A DNA stretch of 64,000 bases. Source: Bispira polyomma (lineage: Eukaryota). The first letter of the stretch is position 1, and the number at the start of each line of letters is the position of its first letter. The DNA lies in NCBI GenBank assembly GCA_965649765.1, contig OZ287759.1, positions 43,710,001 to 43,774,000 of the forward strand, in the 5' to 3' direction. Positions 49,210 to 61,019 of this stretch are shown piece after piece. Under the pieces are notes generated by a model, which was given only the letters and a program-made list of their open reading frames with translations, did not search any database and was not told the origin of the DNA. The position numbers and the translations under genes are program-made.

Positions 49210-49466
49210 GGGGCCGCGGTGGCCCAGTGGTTAGCAAGCATTGCGCTTCACAATCACTGGTCTCTCACCTCTGGGTGGCGCGAGTTTGAATCCCGTCGAT
49301 GCCTATGTGGGAAAGGTGGTAGTTCCTCACTGTGGGTCGTTGGTTTCTCTGCAGAACCTTGACCGACTGTATGCAGTGTTTCCTCCAGCGTTTCCAACTA
49401 CCCGTCCCAATATAACCTACTAAAAGGTACTAGAGTGGACGTTAAATATCTAAATTCAAATTCAAA
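49210..49466 (+). mobile_element. full-length tRNA-derived SINE with 14-bp TSD
   Basis: A box TGGCCCAGTGG, B box GAGTTTGAATCC, (AATTCA)n tail; TTAAGAACGGAACC duplicated at 49196-49209 and 49467-49480. Confidence 0.95.
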
Positions 49467-51323
49467 TTAAGAACGGAACCCCCGACATTATGATTATAAT
49501 TGTGTGACGCAGATTTTTCCGTGCTTTTCTTAAAAAATTGGGGGCAAATGATCCTGATCGATCGGCCAAGTGAAACACCCCATAACAACTAAATATATTG
49601 CAAACACCACCTAGCAAAAGTACTGTGTTACTCCATAGGGTGGCCAAACAATTACACAGTACACCAGATACATATAGTGAGTTTTTATTAGTGTGCAAGT
49701 GATTCACTTTGAAGTACAATAACACAAACCATATGTGGTAAATTGTCTACATTAGTCATTCAGAATGTACACGTCATATGACACGATTCACTCGGGTCGA
49801 TAGTTTATACTTTTACTCCAGCATATGCATGCAAGTCACAGGACACTATTCACTGCGGTCGAAAATCTACTTCAAATACTGACACAGATTTTAGTGTGTG
49901 TGTGTGGTACTTTTTTCAACATAATATAAATAGACTTTTTATGTGCATTATTTGCATTTGCAAAGAATCTGTGAACATAATGTAATCTACCTCGGGCACA
50001 AACAAATGGAATGATCTTCCATATTGAATTAATACTTTTTTTATTTACATTTTATTTGATGTCTATTCTCCTTAAAAGTGATCAAAAATGCTCTTTATTC
50101 TACATTATACTAACAGACTGCACTACAAGCAATGTAATAAATTCTGAACTTTTAAAATGTCAAATTAAATTACATGACAATATTAGTTCACCTAAGTATA
50201 GGCTAGGGACCATGTTTGTTTATACTTTGAAAATACGGAATACTTGGTGAGGTGCCGAAAAGTTATTTATGTCCAACATCCAGAATGTTTTTCAGACATA
50301 CACCTTAATTATATCACATCCCTTTTATGGTTCTCAAAATGGCACGAAGAAGTGTGCCCTCTTTGAAAATAGAGAATACTAGTTTTAAAGAGAAAATCCC
50401 CAGGCGTAATTTAAATTATATTGGAAGAGGATATGGTCAGTGGCACCGTATTCACTTTTATCAAAGCAAGTGTTAAGATTTAATCTAGCACTTTTGTGTA
50501 CTAGATTTAAGCCTAAGACTTGGGCAAGCCCATCGGTGAATATGAGCCTAGGTTACAGTACACAAAGAAACCATAAAGTTATCAAACACTGTGTTCATTG
50601 CCTTATATCCTGTACTGTACTTTTATCAAATAATTTTGTGCATCATTCAAATCGAAGTTATATCACTGTAGTTACATGCAATTCAGTAACATCAACGTTG
50701 AAATATTCCCTAATTTGCATAATACAAGGCACAATACCAATAGAACAAATTCGGTTAATACTTTATAGTATATACATCAGTCGAGTATAAGTGATGTATT
50801 AGTATATAGACATAAAGTTATTCTATAAAGGTTACTTTTAGTTTATTTTTACCAATGATCTTGAAAAGTAAAAAATAAAGTAACTCAGTGAAAATGTATA
50901 AGCTTAGAATCATTAAAAACTATGCAGAATACTTTGTTCGTTTTACTTTTTTTTATTATAGTTTGACATTACATATATATCAAAATAATAACTTCAATAA
51001 ATTCTCCTGATTAGAAAAACAAGTAAGGCAAATTCAAAATATTGCACAAATTAGAACATTTAATTTTTTGTCAATCCATTTAATAACAAAATTCACTCTG
51101 GAAAAATGTTCATAGTTTTCAATTATTCTCATTTCATTTAAATTAAACCTAAATAGTATAAGTATAAATAGCGGGTATTTAATATATATATATAATGTAA
51201 AAATACTATATGTTATGACAATATGAAATAGTATGTGTTATAAAGTGCCTCATTTAGGTTGGACTGACTGGATAGTATTTTTGTTCTTCTATATTATATG
51301 TAATACAAAAAAATATATATTAG

Positions 51324-51657
51324 ATGATCCCTGTGGTCTAGTGATTAGGGTGTTGGTCTGATGAGCAGGAGGTCCCCGGTTCTATTCCCGGTACCGGCCG
51401 CTAGTTTCATTTGGTGGGATAACATCCTCAAACAAGATGTGAACACAAGTTTACCTATTGGCTGGGATTACCACTTAAAATGGCGGTCCTCTGTCACTGA
51501 GTAATATCTCCAGTGGCAGATTAAAGGTCCTTGGGACGTTGACAAATGGTCATCCTTAAGCACCTCGGCGCCCATAGTGGCTGCCCATAAGCAACGCTGA
51601 AACGACGCTGTGTTCTATAAGTGCGCTATAACAAATGTACTATTTCATTTCATTTCA
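51324..51657 (+). mobile_element. tRNA-derived SINE with Deu/Nin-like core and L2-like tail
   Basis: A box TGGTCTAGTGA, B box GGTTCTATTCC; core GGCGGTCC...GTGGCAGATTAAAG; tail GTGCGCTATAACAAATG-(ATTTC)n; core assignment is from memory. Confidence 0.8.
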
Positions 51658-52589
51658 TAATCTATGTGAAGCAGGTGTCATAATAGTAACATAATTCTCT
51701 CTCTTTTTCTACAGTATTGAAAGTGTGAGTCATAAAGTCACTGTAACGTAATTGTATATAGACTCGGGCAATCACCACTAGAAACTAGTTTTACCCAAAT
51801 TTAGCCTCAGGGTAAAATGTAAATTTTGGTTATTCTTTTGACTAAACATTGCCCATTAGTGATTAATATTAATTCTAGTGAATTTCCTACAATCTGTGAA
51901 AAATAAATATGCAGTTAAACTGTCCACTTGTACAGTAATCCATACCACACAAAGTGTGTAGTATAAGACAATCACAAATAAAAGTAAGGCAATTAAGAAG
52001 AAAACTTATGTTATTATTATGCATATACTGTTCCACTTTGCCGAAGACCATATGGCCTCACATAGTAATGTTTGGTGATCTAAATGTGGCCCAAATTTAT
52101 GCATCATTATTAGCATACCAAATTATCACGGATTACCTAACCCCAGGGTCTAATTCAAATAAATCCATTGTAGTATCAATTTATAATTAAAAAAATTGTT
52201 ATCTACATGCACAAACTGTGTAGCAAATAACATAAATCAGGCTAAATATTGTCAACTTGAAAGTGATTAGCACTTTTGGGATCTTTAATTTAAAAATAGA
52301 ATCTACGCCAGTGTTATTTTATGTTTCATATGTGAAATGGCTAGAAAATGCTACCGAAAGTATTGATTTAGGAAAAATACTGCATGAGTGACACTTTCTT
52401 CTTCTAATAATTTATTGAAATAAACTTTGAATGGCACGGCAACATAGGGGTCTACTACCTCAGTTTACTATAATAACACACACTATCTTAAACTTTTAGG
52501 TACCCTCAGTTTATTCTTCTGTCTATCTCTCTATCCCTATCGACACTAATGCTACCCCTAGCTAGCTATTGTTAAGAGCCCTCCATATT

Positions 52590-54310
52590 GAAACACGACA
52601 CTGAAGGTAACACATGTGCAAGACCCAACAGTAGGGTTACTTGCCTAGGCATCGATTTCGACATTAACAAGGGCATCATTAGCATAACACAGGAAAAATT
52701 TAATGAGATACTTGAACAATGTGAAGACATTTACCACAGGAAATGGATTTTGCGCAACAAATTCCAGTCAATTTTGGGAAAATTGCTATATGTCCATAAG
52801 TGTGTGCACTCTGCTAGGGCTTTTATAAATTGATTACTTATGGAATTCAGAAACAACCCCAGAGCTAGTCGATTCATAATTAATAACAATATTCATAGTG
52901 ACATTGAATGGTTCCTAAATTTCCTTCCAAAATTCAATGGTGTCGTATTTATGAATCCTATAGCCTTTAGTCAGGAGCACTCTGTATACATTGGCGCTTG
53001 TTTGAAAGGAATGAGGACGATTTGGAGCAACCAAGTTTATGCCATTCCTTTTCATAATGAATACGGTCAAGACATTTCCATAGTGCACTTGGAAATGGTT
53101 AACATCGTTGTAGTTCTTCGCGTATGGGGTAAACAGTGGGCTTACAAACAGATTTCAATTAATTGCGACAACATGGCCGTGGTATTGGTTGTCGGGTCTA
53201 ATAAGACCAAGGATTCTTTCTTGGCTGACTGCTTAAGGGCAATATGGCTTATCACTGCCACATTTGACATCACACTTTCCATCCAACTTATACAAGGCAA
53301 GGCAAACACAATAGCTGATGCATTATCCAGACTGCATTCGGATAATCCACCCAGTGATACAATAATTAGGGAAGTTGAAAATACTTGTATTTGGCATCAA
53401 ATTCCAATACAGCATTTTAACCTAAATTTACACATATAATTGTGGGTGCCACCCACTACACCCACCAACAAAGAAATTTCAGTGCGATTTGTCAATTTTC
53501 TCACATAACACTCTAGCATTATATCTTAGGAGTATAAGACATACCTCCCATTTCAAACCACATCCCAAAGGGATATTTGAGATTCAACATTTAGTACTAA
53601 TTTTCAAAACTTGTGAAATTCTAGATGACCCCATACTGTATAGAGCCATTTTTCTCTGAGCGTTCTTTGGGTTCCTGCGAATGTCCAATCTGGCACCCCA
53701 CTCCACTCAGAAAGTTGATCCTTCCAGACACTTGCTTCGAAAGGACATCATTTTTGGCCCACCAGGGGCACATATTATCATAAAGTGGGCCAAAAACTTA
53801 CAAAACAGAGATCAGGCACACATTATTCAAATTCCACAGCTAGACAATCACACACTGTGCCCAGTCACAACACTCTGAAACTTGCTTAAATCTAGAACTC
53901 TCCCTGAAACTGCTCCCCTCTTTGCAGCCTTGTCACCTACGGGTAATACTATTACGGATTCTCATGTGAGGAATGATCTTAATCCACATTGGCATACCTA
54001 CCCAATCTCACAGTTTCCATACATTCAGAAGATCTGGTGCAACTTTTGCCTTTAATAATAATGTATCCCTTCAGAACATTACGTCTCATGGTCTATGGAG
54101 GTCTTCAGCCGTGTGGACTTATCTCAACACACAAGGCTGCTTCGATAGTATCCCTTACCTTTGCCTCTGTTATCCCTAAATCTTTCTACCTTGGCTTGGG
54201 TTCTTTAAAATCTTTTTAAAATTCTAAATTCTACCTCTGTTTAAATCTTATATCTGTACATAGCATTACTAACTTGTAGATAGAATAAAATTCTCAAACC
54301 ATCTTTTACT
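52590..54310 (+). mobile_element. 5'-truncated tyrosine-recombinase retrotransposon 3 (related to element 1)
   Basis: RT end and RNaseH (52588..53439, CDNMAVV, ADALSR); YR MSNLAPHS, IIKWAK, HTFRRSGAT; 3' UTR resembles 28030-28125. Confidence 0.92.
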
Positions 54311-55029
54311 GTCTTCAACCAAACAGATTAGAATGTCCACCAAACTTACCTGTAAGGTTGAAATATATCAACTCACAAGGTCAAACATTTGACCCCACAA
54401 GGTCATTTACTACCTATGTACTTTGAACTTATACATTATTGGGAACTGTCACTAATCGCTATTTTTGGTTAAAAAAATTTCTACTGATTTAAATTTTTAC
54501 TAGGAACTGATTTTCACTGTCCAAGTTCATCAGTTTAAAATAGGTATAATTAAATTCATAGTCAAAATGTCCACTACACTACAGTACTAATATGTTACAA
54601 AGGTAAAATGATATCTTTCCCTGAATTTTTAGGCATATGTAAAAGTAAAATTATTATCTAAAGAACAATTTATTTGACTACAGATGCAGGAATTCAAAAT
54701 GAAATGTTTGCGATTTTAGAAAAAATAAATTTTACACAAGATTGATTGTAACATGTACACTTTTTTCTGTATTACACGTATAAGTAATTGAACATGATAA
54801 TTAAATGCTTTACTATAGTGATACTTTTGGTTATGCAATGCAATGTCTCAACCCTATTTAGCTTAAGGTAAAACAATACTAACATTTGTGTAGAAGGGGG
54901 ATAAAACCACTTGATGTCAGTCCGAGGTAGCTGACACTTTCAGTCAACTAAAAGCTTAAGTCTTTCCTAAAACTCCCCCTCCTAATTAATTAGTATTCTC
55001 TGTTACATAAGTTCAAATGTCACCTCTCC

Positions 55030-58000
55030 AGCTATAAAAGCCCATGTTTTTGGCTTTCCAGTATCAAAAAGCATTGGTTATGAGAAATGCTATTGAATTG
55101 GATTGCAATTTATGCTTGTTTTGGCTTCAGTCTACTGGTTTGGGGACGTGCTTTCTTTATTTCCCGCACTTTTTGTGCAAAATATTCACAGCGATTACTC
55201 TGTTTTATTATTTTATCACACTGATTTAATCACATTTTTATTAACACACGTACCTAGCAATTACACGTAAACTGCAAATCGTTCAGTTTGTCGTTTCAGA
55301 GAATAAAAACATTTATGAGACTGTTATAGGTTTGAAGTTAGATTAAAACCGGAGTGATGGCTAACAGGACTGCTTTTTGTAAAAGATGTTATATTGTAGT
55401 TCATCGACCAGTCGAGCGTGACTGCCACTTGAATCTGACTGTGATGAGTGCACCCGACACCAGTGGTAGCAGAAAGAGGACCCAGGCTAAGGCAGACAAC
55501 GAACGAGGAAGGGCCAGTAGTGCGGCGGTGCAGACGGCAAGTGGGAGGCCTAAGATGATGATGGCGGGACCTAGCCAGGCTGAACCGGATCCTAACAAAC
55601 TGAACATTATCCTCAGTAAATTGCAATGGCTCGAGGAGGATATATGTTAGGTAAAACAGGACCAACAGCAGCAAAAGCTGGACTCTTTGTCAAAAGCTGC
55701 TTTTCCGGTGCATAGTTCGCCTGTACACTTGGGGTATGTCAAGGACCCTGAGGATGAATTAGATTTAGCCCCCGTGCATAGGTGGCTGCGTGATTCACAT
55801 TATGGCAATGACTTTCACCTGCAGGATATTTATGATCATGCGGATGACATTCTCCCAAGTCAGAAGCACCTCAGAACGAATGAGGAGATTCAAGCCCAAG
55901 TGGATAAGCAGCTCTAGAGGCACAGATGTCAATACCTTGAATTGCCACAACATGGTAAGACAAAACTCAAGTCTGGCTTGCACAAAACATCTGAGAACTG
56001 AGTAAAACACATTGTCAATTGGCCCCATAAACTTTATTATTTAAATTCCACTAAAAAACAGACCTTTTATGACGAACTCACTTCCATAATTGTGGGGGCG
56101 AAGCAATGTTGCTGTTGCAGTACAGCCTTTTGAGCGTGTTGGGGAAAGTTGTCCCCCCCCCCCCCCTTTGTTGACTTAAATGTAATCCAGGGCAGAACCC
56201 AGTCTTACCCATTGTGTGGAGATGTGTCCAGCGACGTGTGTTTGGATGAAAAGGTCAAGGTTGACAATGTTCAAAGCTTTGTGTGTGGGGGACAAAAGTG
56301 TCCCCCTTGTGTCAATTTAAATGTATTTCAGGGCAATCCCCTTGTTCACACCCCCGAGGTGTTGCCTGTCCACTCTCCCGAGAAAACATTAATTCGTGGC
56401 GTACCCCTTTGTAAGGCGTCAGCCTGTAATACAAAAACCAAAGAATTGCCTAAGAGCAATTGTGACAAATTAGGACTGGGTAAAACGTCTGGTGACAACT
56501 ATGGCTTCATGTTTGTGTTTAATTAGTTGTTGAGTGTCAGGGGGAACAGGAGCCATGTCAAATATGACTCACATGAGGAGTGAGCCGTGAAAGCTCATAA
56601 AAAGGTCACTGCTTTTGGATGTCACAATTATTTGGGTGTTAATAGATGAATACTTGGAGTTTGGTTACCCCCTTGATAGTTTTGTTTATAATAATGATGT
56701 CAAAGACCGTGATAGTGCCCCCCAGTACCCTGGTAGCATAAATGAGTACTTTATCATGGAGCGCCTGCACAAGGCTATTGCTGGTCCTTTTGAGACAACT
56801 CTATTCAAACATATACATTGTTCCCCTGTTATGACCCGTCCTAGGACGATAATAGCTTGTGTACAATTGTAGACTTGTCATGGCCTTATGATGCCTCTTC
56901 AGTTAACAGTGCAGTGAAGGACGGAGTTTATGATGGTCTTGAGTTTGCCATTACCACCTATACCATTGATATGCTAGTGGATAGGATAAATCACATTGGA
57001 CCTACTGCAAAACTTTATAAATTCAATCTTTTCCGCGCATTTCGAAATATCCAGATAGATCCTTTATGTTATGAAGATGCAGGTTTAAAGTAGAAAGGAA
57101 ACCCCTAAGTTGATATGGCTCTCATGACGGGCTATAAGCATGATGCGGCTATATGTAAGCGTATGATTGATAGTATATGTCGGTAAATTGAACAGAAAGC
57201 CTTTAAGATTTGAAATTATATAGACAACCTTGTCGGAAGAGTCTTGTGGAAAAGGCTAGGTCTTCATTCCAACATTTGTATAGACTAATTGAATTTCTAG
57301 GATTGCCAATTAACCCCCAAAAGGTCTGTGAGCCCGCCGACAGCATGCATTGGAATAATGGTGAATGCCAGTATTGGCACTCTTACAATACCTAGTGAAA
57401 AATTAGAATCAATACAAATTAAATGTCAACAATGGCGGAAAAAAGCCAGTGTACCCGTAAGAAGCTCCAGTCTTTGGTTTGAAAGTTGTTGTACATCCAT
57501 AGGTGTGTTAACCCTGCCCGTTTGTTTAAATAGGATGTTGAGACTGCTGAAGGACACATTCCTACAAAAGACCAGTGATTTCAAGGCTGACCTTAATTAG
57601 TTTGACGCCTTTTTGTATGATTTCAATGGTAGTTGAGATGCACTTGACAGGTGGTTATGTGCACGTAGTGTTTGTGGACGCCTCACTTGAGGGGATTGGG
57701 GCAAAGTGGGGTAAGAACATTTATGCTGCCTGGAATGTGTGGCTTTATGTATGTCGGGTTATACATTATTATATACAACTGTGTTAGTGTGGTGTGACAA
57801 CAAATTAGTTGTGTAGCCTCCCTTAACTCTAGGCGCTTCCGAGACCGGGGCCTAGCAACTATTTGGTTAGAAACTGCCAGGTTTAATATCAAATAAAAGC
57901 TAACACACACCCTGAGAGTTAAGAATGTCTACGCTGATCATTTGTCATGCATGTTTATCACTGGATATAAAAATTAACAGGTTTAACAGCAGCTGAGTAA

Positions 58001-59760
58001 CAAAAACTGGTGTGAAACATTACGACCTAAATAGTGAATTGTGATTTTTATTTCAGATCACCCTCTACAAAATTCCTTACCAAAGCAGCCAATTATAGAT
58101 TACAACCTGCTTTCAAGGGAAAAACAAATTAGGTCTACAGCAAGTGTGTCAGGCTTTTCATGACATTCTCAATATTTATTGCCAATTCTAGTGTCACATC
58201 TCTGCAATTCATACTCCAATTCATGGAGTATCTAGGCCAACAGGGTTTAAAACCCCCACTATTCACAATTACTTGTCTGCAATCCAGCATCAGTTACAAC
58301 TGTGGGATTATGACACCACTGTCTTTGCAAATCTTCAAATTAGGTTGTTTTTAAATCACTTACATTGTCTACTCCTTACACCCCACAGTTAAAAGGTATT
58401 ATCACCCTTCCCATACTCAGGGGTATTGTCCATAGCTGTAAACAATTGCATCATGCATGTGTGTACAAGGCATTATTCTTGACTGCCTTCTTTGACAGAC
58501 ACTTAACATGTGAAGATTTTAAATGGGGTGCTCCTTGGGTCCATGTAGTAATACGCTGTACGCTGGGCTAAAAACCTTCAAAGTACAACCAATACCATTT
58601 CGTTCAGATTTGTGCATTGCAGAATTCAATGTTGTGTCTAGTTTCAGCTCTACGTATTATATTTGACATAAACAGGAGCCCCCCTAACTCCCCTGTGTTT
58701 GTGTGCAGAATGGGCAGTCAACTCGCCCCCCTGATGGCTTATGAAGTTAGGCGTACTTTCAGGGAAAAAATGATTGAATTAACATAACATAACATAAACA
58801 TAACATATTGCATTTGATATTGCACATTTTTACAATTCTGTTTCAAATGCGCATTTACATGGAAGTCTACTTGTAATACTTGTCAAAGAGATATTTCTTA
58901 ACTTTTTTCCTGAACAGTTTTAGATTGTCACAGTCCTTGATGTTGCAGGGTAACTCATTCCATAATGATGGCCCGCTGACACTGAATGATCTTGATGCAA
59001 AAGTGTGTCGGCTTGTTTTAGGTACGAGAAGATTGTTTGAGAAAGTCGAGGATCTGAGTCGTTCTCTGAACACTGGTTTTTGAGACAGCAGGTTTTGCAA
59101 ATATTCTGGAGCATTTCCTTGCAGGCAATTGTACACAAGCACCATAATTTTGAATTCAATCCTGGCAGCAATTGGTAGCCAGTGAAGTAGCTTTCTGGAT
59201 TCAGTCGAGCTTTTATATTTTGTCCTATTAAGTACTAATTTGGCAGCTATATTTTGAACTCTTTGCAATTTCTTGATTTTTGTGGTAAACCAAACAGTAT
59301 ACTATTGCAAAAATCGAGATGTGACATTACTAAGCCTAGAACTACTGTGTGTGTTGCTTCCGTTGTAAGGGTGGATCTGATGTTTCTAATTCGGTGAATG
59401 TTTAGCATAGCTACTTTGCATTTATGGGTAATGTGTTGTTTGAAGTTGAGGTAGTTATTCAAATAGACTCCTAGATACTTAATGTCAGCACTTGAATTAC
59501 CATCTTCACCATTCACTTAGCACTCAATCTAAGTTGTTGCTAGCCTTCGATAATAGCGTTGAACTCCAGTTCACCATGGCCCATGGGGGATGGTGCTCCT
59601 CGGCAGTGTGGGCCTATCTCCAGTCAACCCCCAATGCATTTGCTGTGTGGCTAGATTCCTGCAACAAATTGTTACAAGCTAACTACCAGTATGGCGTTTG
59701 GGCATTTTTAGTAGTATACATTACATATATATTTATTACATATACTTTAACCAATCTTAG
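55030..59760 (+). mobile_element. heavily decayed tyrosine-recombinase retrotransposon 4
   Basis: TATAAAA at 55033; gag 55444-56090; RT IVDLSWP, FRAFRNIQIDP, YIDNL; RNaseH VDASLEGIGAKWG; YR 58057-58781 resumes at 59500 (AHGGWCSSAVWAY). Confidence 0.88.
58782..59491 (-). mobile_element. 5'-truncated L2-type LINE inserted in the YR of element 4
   Basis: LHWLPIAARIEFK, SRSFSVSGPSLWNELP; (TTATG)n tail; TTGAATTA duplicated at 58774-58781 and 59492-59499. Confidence 0.92.
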
Positions 59761-61019
59761 AAATTGTGTAACTTTAAAACTTAAGTGTACTCTAAAACTC
59801 AGTTACCCTTAAAGGTTTGCACTTTGCTGCAAAATTTCAGGCATATTTGTATGAAACGCAGAATTCTTTTTTTAAAGTGTAAAATTATGAATTTTGACTC
59901 AAGGTTGAATTAAAATAGCAAAGAGCTTCATAGGGAGACTTTAGGAGTTTAAGGTAATGAGCCATTTTGTGGCTATAAGCTGTGAAATAAGTAGTGAACT
60001 GAGGAGGCAGATCTCTGGGAATTATCAGCAATTTGTCACTGCATCCTTTTTATGGACCATAATCCTAAACGAGGCAGGTTCCAGAAACAAGGGTAAAATA
60101 GCTTTTTTGGGAGCCATAGAAAACCAGTGTAGTATTGATAAACGCACAAGTTTTTACTCCAAGGCTAATATTTACATATACTCAGCTCAAACTCATCCTC
60201 AAATCTTGATTCTCTATATAGCTTTGGACACAGTAAATATGTTTAAAGCTGACTTCATATTTGAATTCAGTGTTGATAAAACCTTGATATAAGAAAATAT
60301 AATGGATGGAAATCTATATATTTTACATGTTTCAAAAAGGCTCACACAATATACAATTGTGTAACTAAACATAACTGTGACTTCACGGAGTGGAAATTAT
60401 TGTGATGTTGATTACACCATAACCTGGTTTTGTTAGATAGAGGGTAAAAGGGGTGAGAGAGAGGAGGGGGGTAAAAATGAGTTAGACATACAGAAGGGTG
60501 ATAGAGAAGGGAGGGTAAAAAGGGTAAGTTCGATACGAAGGGGGTGGGGTGAGACATACAAAACAGTAAATGATGGGGGGGGGTAAGAGGGGGTGCAGGG
60601 GTCATTGAGAGAGAAGGTTGCAGGAGATTGATAAGGGTAGGCAGTATATTTCAGAAACTCCCTTTACTTTTTCTCACAAAAGCAGTGCATACATTTGAAG
60701 TTGAAGAATAAGTAATATGCCGCAGTAGTTAACTTAAGGTTGTTAATGTATGAATAATTTAATTATTTTGTGCTTTAGATCTTTAGATAGTTGTTTTTAA
60801 TTCGTGCATTCCTACATTTTCTCCTGATGTATCTTCAGAAAATTAGTTTAAGTAACCAAATTAAAAAGTACAGTATAGTCTGAAGTATCAAAATAATAAT
60901 TTAGGGCACAATTTTAACTTGTAATTAGCTCTTTCAATGGTTAATTCATTGTCATGTTTGTCCATGGTACAATGACACCCAAAACGCTCATTAAAATACA
61001 TGTATTAAGTTGCCTTAAG

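Larger units (their letters stand above)
45038..49582. mobile_element. complete but decayed PIF/Harbinger transposon, ~4.5 kb, two convergent genes
   Basis: Imperfect TIRs TGTTCCACTTAACCAATC / GATCGGCCAAGTGAAACA; TAA on both flanks; MADF-like gene on +, transposase on -. Confidence 0.92.
43099..52355 (-). repeat. copy B of the 3.3-kb repeat, split into 43099-45037, 49583-50059 and ~51813-52355 by later insertions
   Basis: Reverse-complement collinearity with 20580-23927, including the 31-bp minisatellite at 43660-44040. Confidence 0.85.

Noticed and set aside
49210-49295. tRNA genes here and at 51324-51400
   Set aside because: A/B boxes are present but followed by SINE bodies and simple-repeat tails (plus a TSD here); no convincing cloverleaf.
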